Part shown: piece by piece, positions 1-9,770 of the stretch
How positions within the stretch are numbered: the first letter of the stretch is position 1
Layout of the letters: each line of letters starts with the position of its first letter
Source of the DNA: Alphaproteobacteria bacterium
Lineage (GTDB): Bacteria > Pseudomonadota > Alphaproteobacteria > Rs-D84
Assembly: GCA_017471445.1 (NCBI GenBank)
Contig: JAFUTJ010000008.1
Span: 48,382-112,381 of the forward strand
Direction of reading: 5' to 3'
DNA: 64,000 nt
Notes under the pieces: model-generated
Told to the model about the DNA's origin: nothing
Database searches by the model: none
What the model saw: the letters and a program-made list of their open reading frames with translations, nothing else
Program-made: the position numbers and the translations under genes

Positions 1-555
1 CGTTGCCACCGCACGATGCAGACGCGTACGCCGCGAATCCATTACCGCGTCAGAAAAAGAAAAATACGCATCATATTTACGGGCAATTGCACGAACAATT
101 TCTGGCGTTGCGACAAATGCATGCATGACGACACGCGGCATATGTGTTCCCATTTCGGCAAACACATTTTGCAATATATCCCACGCACCGACACAGTGAA
201 TGTGTGCCACGCGATTATTTTCCGCGGCAATTTCCATTTGACGGGTAAAGATTTCCAATTGACGCGAAAAATCGGGATGTGTTTTATCAATACCAATTTC
301 GCCAACCATTAGTGCCGGATTTTCACGCAGCATTTTATTCATTTGCGCATCCCATCCGGCCGTGGCCGTATTTACATACCATGGGTGAATACCAATGCAC
401 GCACGTACCGCCGGTTTTTCGGCGGCAAATTTTACAACCGCGTCCCAATTGGACATTTGTGTTGAATTGCACACCGCACCAACAATACCATCTGTACCGA
501 AAACAAAATTTCGGCACCCATCAATATGACAATGTGCATTTATATACCTTACCAT
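1..555 (-). CDS. TatD-family metal-dependent hydrolase (partial; C-terminus runs off the left edge)
   Basis: Absent from the ORF track because there is no stop in the window. My translation of the minus strand from the ATG at 555-553 gives MVRYINAHCHIDG...IGIHPWY...VGEIGIDKTH...HIHCVGAWD, which matches TatD/YcfH-type motifs. The frame stays open to position 1. Confidence 0.75.
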   Translation of the reverse strand, partial: MVRYINAHCHIDGCRNFVFGTDGIVGAVCNSTQMSNWDAVVKFAAEKPAVRACIGIHPWYVNTATAGWDAQMNKMLRENPALMVGEIGIDKTHPDFSRQLEIFTRQMEIAAENNRVAHIHCVGAWDILQNVFAEMGTHMPRVVMHAFVATPEIVRAIARKYDAYFSFSDAVMDSRRTRLHRAVAT

Positions 556-631
556 GCGCATATAGTGCGTTTTTTGCATCGCATTTGCAAGTTATAAAAA
601 AATCGCCATCCGCAATACGATGGCGATATAT

Positions 632-1888
632 TTATCGGGTCTTGGCCTGGTTTGCAAACGAATAATTCATTTTTAAATGATCTGCATTATACGTTCCATT
701 GATAATGCCGATTGTATCTTCGACGATAACCAATTCTTCGTTTGTTGAAATCATCATAACCGGAATACGGCTGTCATCGGTGCTGATAATCGCTTCGTCT
801 ACGCCCTTGCGTGCCAATGCCGCAGCGTTTTTCGCCGGGTCAATTTTAATGCCCAATTCCGATAGCCCCGCGCAATATTGCCCGCGCAGATAATCATCAT
901 TTTCACCAACACCCGCGGTAAAGACCAGCCCATCAACATGGCCCAATTCCGCCATAAACGCACCAATGTATTTTTTTACATTGTGTACTTCCATCTCTAA
1001 CGCCAATTTGCAATCTGGGTTCGTTTCGCGGTGTTCTTCGACATCACGGCGGTCGGCAAAGCATTTTGTTATGCCCATCAACCCCGAATCCTTGTTCATG
1101 TGTTTGGTCATTTGTTCAATAGATAACCCCAATTTACCCATTACATAGAACAAAGCGCCCGCATCAACATCGCCCGGTCGTGTTCCCATAACCAGACCCG
1201 CCGTCGGTGTCATACCCAATGTTGTATCAACCGCCCGACCATTTTTAATTGCAACGCCCGACGCACCCGAACCGATGTGCATGGTTATTAAATTACATTC
1301 TTCTGCGGGTTTGCCCAACATTGCCGCCGCACGTTTAGACACATACAGGTGTGATGTCCCATGAAATCCATACTTGCGCACCCCCAGTTCACGATACCAC
1401 GCATCCGGAATTGCATAGCGATATGCATATTCTGGCATTGTTTGCAAAAACGCTGTATCAAAAACCGCGACCTGTTTTGCATTTGGCATAATTTGGCGTG
1501 CACTTTCAATCCCCATTAATGCCGCCGGAATATGCAATGGCATTAAATCAGACCATTCGCGAACCGCACGCATAACTTCATCTGTAATTTCAACCGATGA
1601 TGCGAATTTTGCACCACCCATAACAACGCGATGACCAACACCCGCAATTTGATTTGTGTCAATAGATGCCTCGCGCAGCATGAACATAACCACATTCAGT
1701 GCTTCATTATGATTCTGCATGCTGGCTTCTTTTTTCTGTTTGGTGCCGTCGGGGTATTTCTGGGTCAAGAAAGAATCCGGCGATCCAATTTTTTCAACGT
1801 TACCACCAATAATCGCACGACGTGTTGCCGCATCATAAACCTGGTATTTCAGGGAAGACGAACCACAATTCAACGCAAGTATATACAT
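632..1888 (-). CDS. ackA: acetate kinase
   Basis: 418-aa ORF. The N-terminus MYILALNCGSSSLKYQVYD and the HRVVMGG and GFHGTSH motifs are classic acetate/propionate kinase signatures. Confidence 0.95.
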   Translation of the reverse strand: MYILALNCGSSSLKYQVYDAATRRAIIGGNVEKIGSPDSFLTQKYPDGTKQKKEASMQNHNEALNVVMFMLREASIDTNQIAGVGHRVVMGGAKFASSVEITDEVMRAVREWSDLMPLHIPAALMGIESARQIMPNAKQVAVFDTAFLQTMPEYAYRYAIPDAWYRELGVRKYGFHGTSHLYVSKRAAAMLGKPAEECNLITMHIGSGASGVAIKNGRAVDTTLGMTPTAGLVMGTRPGDVDAGALFYVMGKLGLSIEQMTKHMNKDSGLMGITKCFADRRDVEEHRETNPDCKLALEMEVHNVKKYIGAFMAELGHVDGLVFTAGVGENDDYLRGQYCAGLSELGIKIDPAKNAAALARKGVDEAIISTDDSRIPVMMISTNEELVIVEDTIGIINGTYNADHLKMNYSFANQAKTR

Positions 1889-1986
1889 TTTTCATCCTTT
1901 TATTTCAACGCCCAGTACCATAGCAAAACGAATCATACGTTTCAACAGTAAATACGCGTTTTTATACACCAAAATAGATATTGCCA

Positions 1987-2019
1987 AAATAAAAAGGCCG
2001 TCGCAGCAAAACGACGGCC
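1987..2019 (-). terminator. rho-independent terminator downstream of the 813-aa gene
   Basis: Stem ggccgtcg / cgacggcc (1996-2003 / 2012-2019) with an 8-nt loop, followed on the minus strand by TTTTTATTTT. Confidence 0.7.
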
Positions 2020-2046
2020 AATAACATCAATAACTTACACATCCCA

Positions 2047-4488
2047 CTATGCCACATACTGATACCTGTTCAGGTATGCCCCGAAAAGCGCGTCTTTCTT
2101 GGCATCAAACCGCTTTTGCGCGCGCTTGGCCGTTTGTGGCACCCACGAATACATCCGACCGGTATGACTGTCACGCCCAGATTCCAAGAAATCCCAATAC
2201 GCCATCAACTCTTGATATTTATCTTTGTGATTATCGTCCCATTTTGCAATTTCTTCATCACGCGCATTAATGTGGTTCTGTAATTCATTAATACGGTCAT
2301 GCGCCGTTTTCCATTCGTTCAGGCGACTTTCGGTCCGATTATTACGCGCGACAACATTGTTATATGTGCGCTCGGCACGGTCATATTGGGCGACTTCGTT
2401 TTGCCATATATTATTCAACCAATTGGGATTATTTATAATGTTATCGTAATCCCGTTGGGTCTGCATATTTTGTGCCGTATTTTCTGTCAAGGCGCGTTCT
2501 ATTTCCGCCTGTTGTTGAACCAACGGCATCAGGCGTGCCTGTTTTTCAACATCAGGCATTGTCGTATCGGCCAGAATTGCCGTCTGGGCCGCCTTGATAT
2601 TATTAAGACTATCATTCAAATCTGTGGCAGATTGCCCCAACTGCGCCAATTCATCTCTTAATGCCTGTTCTCTATCAACATTTTCCTTTGCAATCTGATA
2701 TTGCGGACTGTTTCTTTTTCGCTCTAGCCTGTCGTGGCGACGTTTCTGCGATGCGCGGGCCGCTTCTAAATTTGCCATGTGCGAATCATAATTTGTTTCG
2801 TTGATTTGGTTATGTGGCGCAAACCTGCGATTCAAGTTATCAATCGTCCGGCGGTCATCATCAATAACAGCTTGGTCGGCGGTATTCGCCATATCCCTGC
2901 GCATGGTGGCCGCGGCCAAATCTGCCGCGTTTTGTGTTTCCCACGCCTGCTGTGCGGTTTTAATATCGTATTTTTTCCCGGAACGATTACCGTGGAATCT
3001 GCTGCCTGCTTTGCGAATGGCGTTCCCGGCAAATGCAACGCCATAACCAATACCACGAAATGCGGCCTTGATACTTTTATCCAATGCACGCGTTACAAAT
3101 TGAACACCCTCGTTTTTATTCCAGGATAATTTACTATCAGAAAACAGTGAAAAATCCTTGAATTCTTTATCAAACGCGTCCATAACTTTGCTGGTTAAAT
3201 TACCGTATTTTATGACCGATAAAACTTCCATTGCGGCCTTGGCCTCTTTATCTTTACCTTCGGCCACCGCAGATTTAATCAATTCTGCAACAACCGCCCG
3301 CATTTGCCGACCGTGTGACATTGCCTTGTCAAATGCCTTGGGCATTGTATCTTTCAGTTCTGTCATTTTCTTAACGAACCAATCAAAATGGTCGGTGGCG
3401 GTTGGCGATTTATACTGCAATTTTTCTTTTATCTTGGACGCATTTTCTAACACAGCCCCCAATCCATCGGTCGGTTTAATCTTGGCACTGGACAATGCCT
3501 TGACTATATTTTTTGCACTATCAGAAAAATACAGACGGTCACCTTTGAACCGGGTGTATTTCGCAAACACTTCGTCATACGTCTTACCGACCCATTCTTG
3601 AACGCGCTGGGATAAAGTCAAACTATCTTCGCGTTTTGGCGGCACATAGTCTTTACTGTTCTTGTCATCATACGCGATATTTTCTTTGGATTTATCAAAA
3701 TATTTGGTGATTTTACCACGATCATACTGCGAAAACACATCCCGTACCTTGGCAACAGAATGCAATTTGCGCATCAAGTGTTGTATTTCACCACGGAACA
3801 GCCCCATACGCGTGTCATCAATTGTGGTATCGTCAAAATTATTTACAATATCATACAGATTCACATGTCCCAGATGTTGAAACTGGGGGTCATATGTTGT
3901 CAAACCCGATATAACATTCGCAACAGCTTTCAAGTTTTCTGCGAACGTTGGGTCTGTGTTATATTTTTTCTTTCCCGGCTCAATACCCTTTTTCAAGTCC
4001 GAAAAAGAGAAACCTTCTTTCCAAACCCCATAACCTTGTAATGCGGTTTCTAATTCTGGGTGCGCATCCAACAACGTACGCAACGTGGCAATTTGTGCTT
4101 CGGCGGGGGCACTGGCATGGGCATTATCAAACATCCGCCCCACACCAAAATATTCATCCAAGAATCCGTTTGCCTTGTCGTTTTTCTTAAAGTCATCACG
4201 ACTGGCCGCCATGGCACGAAACGCATCTTGAAAGGCTTTAAATAACTTTTCCGCTTCGTCTTTGGGCAAAACGGTTTCGTCGCTGGCATCTGGTAAATCG
4301 TTCTGAACATATTTACCGTTCGCATCTTGGTGCATTAATTCATCACGCCAACTTTTCATATTGCCGCGAAAATCGCCCTTGTTACCGTTTGCCTTGACGT
4401 ATGCATCATACTGGGCACGAACTTCGGCCGGAACATCATTGAACCGCAATTGCTTGAAATATAATTCTAAAAATTCTTTCATGTTCAT
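2047..4488 (-). CDS. large hypothetical protein (about 813 aa), charged, predicted coiled-coil-rich C-terminal half
   Basis: Long uninterrupted ORF. The preferred start is MNMKEF at 4488, preceded by AAGGAGG. I recognise no family motif. Confidence 0.7.
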   Translation of the reverse strand: MNMKEFLELYFKQLRFNDVPAEVRAQYDAYVKANGNKGDFRGNMKSWRDELMHQDANGKYVQNDLPDASDETVLPKDEAEKLFKAFQDAFRAMAASRDDFKKNDKANGFLDEYFGVGRMFDNAHASAPAEAQIATLRTLLDAHPELETALQGYGVWKEGFSFSDLKKGIEPGKKKYNTDPTFAENLKAVANVISGLTTYDPQFQHLGHVNLYDIVNNFDDTTIDDTRMGLFRGEIQHLMRKLHSVAKVRDVFSQYDRGKITKYFDKSKENIAYDDKNSKDYVPPKREDSLTLSQRVQEWVGKTYDEVFAKYTRFKGDRLYFSDSAKNIVKALSSAKIKPTDGLGAVLENASKIKEKLQYKSPTATDHFDWFVKKMTELKDTMPKAFDKAMSHGRQMRAVVAELIKSAVAEGKDKEAKAAMEVLSVIKYGNLTSKVMDAFDKEFKDFSLFSDSKLSWNKNEGVQFVTRALDKSIKAAFRGIGYGVAFAGNAIRKAGSRFHGNRSGKKYDIKTAQQAWETQNAADLAAATMRRDMANTADQAVIDDDRRTIDNLNRRFAPHNQINETNYDSHMANLEAARASQKRRHDRLERKRNSPQYQIAKENVDREQALRDELAQLGQSATDLNDSLNNIKAAQTAILADTTMPDVEKQARLMPLVQQQAEIERALTENTAQNMQTQRDYDNIINNPNWLNNIWQNEVAQYDRAERTYNNVVARNNRTESRLNEWKTAHDRINELQNHINARDEEIAKWDDNHKDKYQELMAYWDFLESGRDSHTGRMYSWVPQTAKRAQKRFDAKKDALFGAYLNRYQYVA

Positions 4489-4580
4489 GCGAACCTCCTT
4501 TGACTGACCTGCCACCTATTAGATTATAGTGATTTTTGACAAATTTTCAATATTTTGTGTACAAAATTTTGATTTTTTTA

Positions 4581-4589
4581 TGGTATAAT
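4581..4589 (+). promoter_or_regulatory. extended -10 element (TGgTATAAT) 7 nt upstream of the MFS start codon
   Basis: tggtataat at 4581-4589 and ATG at 4597, with no Shine-Dalgarno sequence between them. This suggests a leaderless or near-leaderless mRNA. Confidence 0.4.
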
Positions 4590-4596
4590 ATCGCGC

Positions 4597-5814
4597 ATGA
4601 AAACCGACACAGACAAATTTTTAGCAAACATTTATGGATATGCGTTTTTCAATTCGCTGACCCTGTTATCACCGGTGTATGCCGTTTTTATGTCTGAACA
4701 TGGAATGTCAGACTTTATGGTTTCGTCGCTTTTAATGCTGTGGCCGGTGGGTGTTTTGTTGACACAAATACCACTGTCGTCGGTTGCAAATCGGATTGGT
4801 GCACGGCGGACACTGGTACTGGGGCAAATATTAAAGATTGCGGCGTTTATACTGTGGATTTTATGGCCATGTTATTTGGGGTTTGCGATTGGCATGCTGA
4901 TGTGGGGCGCACATGGTGCAATATATAACGTTATTGGCGAAGATGTATTGTATTCACATATGAACACGCATACAAACACCGCCGCATACACGCGCGCACT
5001 GGGGCGGCGCAAGAATTACCATACATTTGGTGCGATATTGTCATCATTTGGGTCATTATTATTGTTCTTTGGATACGGTTGGATAACCGCGGCATCAATT
5101 TTGGCACTGGCGATTTCAATTACATTTATCATTCGCATGAAATTTGATGATACACAAAAAATAAAAAACACAAACTTTATCGCGTCAATGCGCACCGGTT
5201 TTCGCGTTGTTATACAAACGCCTGCAATATTTGCAATGATGACAATTTGCGTTATGGCGACAAATTTTTCATATCTGAACGATTATTTGGGATTAATTGG
5301 TATTGGGGTCGGATTGCCACGGGAATTTATTGGGGCGTTACCACTGGCTATGATGATGTGCCAAATGCTGGGCCAGGGTATCGCCCATCGATTTACCAAA
5401 ATGAATGGTATGTGGCTGTATATTGCATTGGGTGGTGCCGGTATGTTATTCATGCTGTTTGCATTGTTTTATAATATTTGGGCATTAATTGCAATCGGTG
5501 TGGCATACATAATATGTGCCGTGGTCAAGGTTATTCTGTATTCCCGATTCCAAGACCGTGTACCGGCGAAATTTCGTCTGGAAATATTGTCAATATATAA
5601 CCTGGCCGACCAATTTATGTACATGATTGTGTGCATAATAATTGGTATGGGGGGTATCATGGGCGGGTGGCAAAACGGTATAATGATACTGGGGACATTA
5701 TTACTGGGTTGTGGATTGACGGCGGCGTTGTTTGTGCGCCATGGCGGAATACAACGTCTAAACAAATACATTGCCCGCACAACCATTCGCCCAGACGGTG
5801 CCCCGCGTTTTTAA
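4597..5814 (+). CDS. MFS-type transporter
   Basis: 405-aa ORF made of about 12 hydrophobic segments, with an MFS-like loop GxxANRIGARR after TM2. Confidence 0.75.
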   Translation: MKTDTDKFLANIYGYAFFNSLTLLSPVYAVFMSEHGMSDFMVSSLLMLWPVGVLLTQIPLSSVANRIGARRTLVLGQILKIAAFILWILWPCYLGFAIGMLMWGAHGAIYNVIGEDVLYSHMNTHTNTAAYTRALGRRKNYHTFGAILSSFGSLLLFFGYGWITAASILALAISITFIIRMKFDDTQKIKNTNFIASMRTGFRVVIQTPAIFAMMTICVMATNFSYLNDYLGLIGIGVGLPREFIGALPLAMMMCQMLGQGIAHRFTKMNGMWLYIALGGAGMLFMLFALFYNIWALIAIGVAYIICAVVKVILYSRFQDRVPAKFRLEILSIYNLADQFMYMIVCIIIGMGGIMGGWQNGIMILGTLLLGCGLTAALFVRHGGIQRLNKYIARTTIRPDGAPRF

Positions 5815-5924
5815 GACAACACAAACTTTTCGTATTTTTTCTTGATTTTTGTTTTACATTATGTCAAAATTTGCGGCGAACCACGGAAACAGATATAAAC
5901 ATCTTGTTTTCCGGGTCCGGTTTC

Positions 5925-6000
5925 GGGACTATAGCTCAGTTGGTAGAGCAAGTGACTTTTAATCACTGGGTCCAGGGTTCGAGTCCCTGTGGTCCCACCA
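5925..6000 (+). tRNA. tRNA-Lys (anticodon UUU)
   Basis: Hand-folded cloverleaf: GGGACTA/TGGTCCC acceptor stem, anticodon loop CTTTTAA, T-loop TTCGAGT, encoded CCA. Confidence 0.9.
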
Positions 6001-6005
6001 AGATT

Positions 6006-6028
6006 ACGGCGGATTTCCGCCGTTTTTT
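6006..6028 (+). terminator. rho-independent terminator after tRNA-Lys
   Basis: acggcgg-attt-ccgccgt hairpin followed by TTTTTT. Confidence 0.75.
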
Positions 6029-6066
6029 ATTAATGCTATTAAATTGTATGCACAATATTACGTATC

Positions 6067-6276
6067 TTATATTATATGTACTTCGCGCATTTTGGCGGCA
6101 ATAACAAACATTTCATCAATCCTGTTACGCACCGCATCAAATGTTTCTGCAACCCGTGTAACACCGTTTTGCGGATTCATTTTTTCTGCAATATATAACT
6201 GCTCTCCTTTCGTGTCTGCAATTCGGTAGATATCAAATGTGCGATACGTTGTAACAAAATGTTTGTGAATTGGCAT
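6067..6276 (-). CDS. small hypothetical protein (69 aa)
   Basis: ORF preceded by AAGGAG 8 nt upstream of the ATG, directly downstream of the M48 protease gene. No recognisable family. Confidence 0.5.
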   Translation of the reverse strand: MPIHKHFVTTYRTFDIYRIADTKGEQLYIAEKMNPQNGVTRVAETFDAVRNRIDEMFVIAAKMREVHII

Positions 6277-6297
6277 ATTTTTTACTCCTTTCCATAA

Positions 6298-7593
6298 CTA
6301 TTTCACCAAATCGCCAGATTTTTTATATTCGGGTGTGTCGGGCGATAGTTTTTCACGGGCACGTCGTGCATATTTTTTTGCATTCTTGGAATCCCCGTTC
6401 ATATTATAGTATTCGGCCATTGCCCAATCGGCGCGGCCGTCCGATGCATCAAATGTACGCGCCAATGTCCAATACGTTATTGGCATTTGTTCAACCAATA
6501 ATGCGCGGCGGCATAAATCGGCCGCACGCGCCGTATCACCCGCCCCACCCCGTTCAATCAGTACCAATGCCAACGCCGTTTCAATTTGCGGCGCGTTTGT
6601 TATTATGCGCAAACTGTGTTCATATGCCGCAACCGCCGCGTCATAATCGCCCAATTGATATTCCAGGTCGCCAACCAATTCATAAAAGTACGGATTATTC
6701 GGGTTACGGGCACTTAAATTACGTGCCGATTTTACCGCCATGTCCATTTTTCCTGTGCGCATGTTGGCAATTGCACGCGCGTATTGCGCCGCATCTGATT
6801 TATCAGATTCTGGGTACAGTGTATTAACACGCATTGCCACATCCAGATAGCCAATTAATTTTGCACGCACCAATTCATATTGCGCAACGCGTTTTGCAGG
6901 TATTTTTTTATTACGTGCGGAATCATGCAATTCGGCAATACGTGCCCGAATATTTGCCAAACGTTCCGATGTTAATGGATGATTAATATGTGTTGGGTTT
7001 ATTTGCGCTTCAATTGCCGAATGCATGTCTGACATTTGTTGAAATACGGTTATAAACCCGTCCGGTGGTAATCCGGCACGCACCAGTAATTTCAACCCCA
7101 GTTCATCTGCAATGCGTTCTTCGTCGCGCGAAAACGCTAATAACGATTGCCGGGCAACACCGCTGCCCCCGGCCAAGACACCGGCACCGAGTGCCGGATT
7201 TCCGCCCGCGAACATTAAACCGATGCCCAGTGCCTGAATCACCATGGCACGTTTCATTTCCATTTCCATGCGCGACGACATTTGCGCCATGTGCCCGCCG
7301 ATTGTGTGCCCCAATTCATGCGCCACCACCGCGGCCAGCGCATCTGGCGAACGAATTTCGCGCAACAAGCCGGTATAGATATAAATATCTTCGCCGCCCA
7401 TAACAAATGCATTAAAATCGTCGCCATTTATAATGTGTATTTTCATGCGCGCTGGGTCAATATCGGCGGCACGCGCAATTGGTGTAATTAATTCATACAA
7501 TACGCGTTCAGTTTCTGTATCGTTTATTATCGTTGCGGCATTTGCGCAAAATGCGCAAACGGTGCAAAATAATATAACGATAAATTTACGCAC
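6298..7593 (-). CDS. M48-family zinc metalloprotease with C-terminal TPR-like repeats (BepA-like)
   Basis: HELGHTIGGH zinc motif. Signal-peptide-like N-terminus if the start is the GTG at 7593 (MRKFIVILFCTVCAFCANA). TPR-like C-terminal half. Confidence 0.85.
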   Translation of the reverse strand: MRKFIVILFCTVCAFCANAATIINDTETERVLYELITPIARAADIDPARMKIHIINGDDFNAFVMGGEDIYIYTGLLREIRSPDALAAVVAHELGHTIGGHMAQMSSRMEMEMKRAMVIQALGIGLMFAGGNPALGAGVLAGGSGVARQSLLAFSRDEERIADELGLKLLVRAGLPPDGFITVFQQMSDMHSAIEAQINPTHINHPLTSERLANIRARIAELHDSARNKKIPAKRVAQYELVRAKLIGYLDVAMRVNTLYPESDKSDAAQYARAIANMRTGKMDMAVKSARNLSARNPNNPYFYELVGDLEYQLGDYDAAVAAYEHSLRIITNAPQIETALALVLIERGGAGDTARAADLCRRALLVEQMPITYWTLARTFDASDGRADWAMAEYYNMNGDSKNAKKYARRAREKLSPDTPEYKKSGDLVK

Positions 7594-9640
7594 TGATACC
7601 CCCCCCTTGGTCAAAGATAAACATTAAATCGCGTGTCCAATCATCCGGCACATTGTCACGCGCCGCCCCCGCCGCCAGACGAAATAAATCACGATGTTCA
7701 CGCCAATCAACAAAATGATATTGAATCCACCCTGATTGTCGCGTACCCAACAATTCACCAACGCCCCGCATCATTAAATCTTGTTCCGCAATGGCAAAAC
7801 CGTCGTCTGTTTCACACAAAACATCTAATCGTTTTAATCCATCCGGCGATATATTATTACCAAAGATTAGCACACAATACGACTGTGTATTGCCGCGTCC
7901 GACACGTCCCCGCAATTGGTGCAGTGCGGCCAATCCAAACCGTTCGGCATTTTCAATTACGATAATTGACGCGCGTGGAACATCAATTCCAACCTCTATA
8001 ACTGTGGTTGCGACCAATAACGGCATATCAGAATTATCGGCGGCAAATTTTGCCATTACCGCATCGCGTTCGCGTTTATCCATTTGGCCATGTACCAACC
8101 CCGCCCCCGGGAAATATGTGCATAAATATTTATATCGTTCGGTTACGGCCGTCATATCAGATTCATCTGATTCTGAAACCAGCGGACATACCCAGTATAC
8201 CTTGGCACCCAAATTAATTTGTGTCGCGATATGTGAAACCAATTCTGCAACGCGCGACATTGGTAACTTGGTCGTCTTAATGGGTAAACGCCCCGCCGGT
8301 TTTTCATTTATAATTGATACGTCCATATCGCCATATATTGTCATGGACAGCGTTCGCGGAATTGGCGTGGCCGACAACGCCAACAAATCAGGATTATTGC
8401 CCTTGGCGCGCAGTGATTCACGCTGGGACACACCGAAACGATGCTGTTCATCCACAATAACCAGCCCCAGGTCGCGATATTCCACATCTTCGGAAAACAG
8501 TGCATGCGTTCCAATTACAATGCGCGTACGCCCAGAACGCAGTGATATTAATTTTTCCCGGCGCAGTGCGCCCTTGTCACGGCCCGTTAAAATATCACAA
8601 ACAATCCCCATTTTTTCACACATGGGGCCTAATTTTGCAAAATGCTGCTGGGCCAAGGTATCTGTTGGTGCCAAGAATGCCGTTTGCGCACCCTTTTCTG
8701 ACATTTTTATTGCCGCCGCCAACGCAACGATAGTCTTGCCACTGCCCACATCGCCCTGGACCAGGCGCATCATCGGGAACGCGGCATCCATATCGGCAAA
8801 TATTTCATCCAATGTGCGTTTTTGGGCACCTGTCATCTGAAATGGAATATTTTCCCAAAACCGCGGCATTAAATCATACTTTTGCGGCCGCGGCACACGC
8901 CGATTGCGCGCATCGGTACGTAATTTGCGATTAATAGCAATTGCCGATTGCTGTGCCAATAATTCACAGTACGCCAATTTTGCCCGATATGTTGCATTTG
9001 GCGCCAAATCATTGTCACTTTGTGCAAAATGCACATGATGCAATGCATCAAAGAATTCAAGGCAACGCATATCATATGTATCATCTAGCAACGCCCCCAA
9101 ACGCTCAAATACCTGGGCACGAATATTGGCAAATACCTTTTGTGTCAGCCCTTCGCCAGATGGATAAATCGCCTGGTTCATTGGGATTTTAGAGGCATTT
9201 TCTATATCTTCGATAAAATCAGGGTGATTTATCGTTGGACGCGCGGTGTTTTCCAATTTTCCACTGATTACCCGCCATGCACCAACCGGCATTTTTTTCA
9301 ACCAGTAATCCAAATAATTCGCATTAAAAAACTGCACAGTTAGTGTTTTACCCATTTTATCGGCACAAATCACCTGGGTCGGGCGACGATGTCCGCGACC
9401 AAACGCACCACCGAGACGGTGTGATTTTATTAAAACAGGTATCGTTATAACATCACCTGGTGTTGCATCTGAAACACAGTCTGTCATTTCGCGACACCGC
9501 ACATAAGATGGACAATGCAGCAAAAAATCCAATACGCGCCGCCCACCCAAAACATCTGACAATCGCGCCGCCAACACCGGGCCTACGCCACGTATAAACT
9601 GTAAATCAGTCCCCAAGAAATCAAATAATTCTTTCTTCAT
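7586..9640 (-). CDS. recG: ATP-dependent DNA helicase RecG
   Basis: 684-aa ORF with GDVGSGKT (Walker A), VIVDEQHRFG (DEQH box), TATPIPRT-like SATPIPRT and QLRGRVGRG motifs. Confidence 0.95.
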   Translation of the reverse strand: MKKELFDFLGTDLQFIRGVGPVLAARLSDVLGGRRVLDFLLHCPSYVRCREMTDCVSDATPGDVITIPVLIKSHRLGGAFGRGHRRPTQVICADKMGKTLTVQFFNANYLDYWLKKMPVGAWRVISGKLENTARPTINHPDFIEDIENASKIPMNQAIYPSGEGLTQKVFANIRAQVFERLGALLDDTYDMRCLEFFDALHHVHFAQSDNDLAPNATYRAKLAYCELLAQQSAIAINRKLRTDARNRRVPRPQKYDLMPRFWENIPFQMTGAQKRTLDEIFADMDAAFPMMRLVQGDVGSGKTIVALAAAIKMSEKGAQTAFLAPTDTLAQQHFAKLGPMCEKMGIVCDILTGRDKGALRREKLISLRSGRTRIVIGTHALFSEDVEYRDLGLVIVDEQHRFGVSQRESLRAKGNNPDLLALSATPIPRTLSMTIYGDMDVSIINEKPAGRLPIKTTKLPMSRVAELVSHIATQINLGAKVYWVCPLVSESDESDMTAVTERYKYLCTYFPGAGLVHGQMDKRERDAVMAKFAADNSDMPLLVATTVIEVGIDVPRASIIVIENAERFGLAALHQLRGRVGRGNTQSYCVLIFGNNISPDGLKRLDVLCETDDGFAIAEQDLMMRGVGELLGTRQSGWIQYHFVDWREHRDLFRLAAGAARDNVPDDWTRDLMFIFDQGGGISA

Positions 9641-9770
9641 ACCACTTGCCGATTAATGTAGTCAAAAAATCTGGCGCATTCAATAACAAAAAAATCATAT
9701 AATCTGAAACCTTGCTTTTTCCGATGTATACTGGTATGCTGTACCCCACGAAAGGATTCTTGTAACAATT

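Noticed and set aside
7599-7606. C8 tract at the recG / M48-protease boundary as a frameshift site
   Set aside because: Both reading frames are intact as given: recG ends ...DQGGGISA, and the protease has a good GTG start with a signal peptide just downstream. There is no evidence of disruption.
7791-8840. 349-aa plus-strand ORF (and several shorter ones) overlapping recG
   Set aside because: It is antisense to a gene with unambiguous RecG helicase motifs. Its translation is Ser/Ile/Arg-rich with no motifs, so it is a typical shadow ORF.
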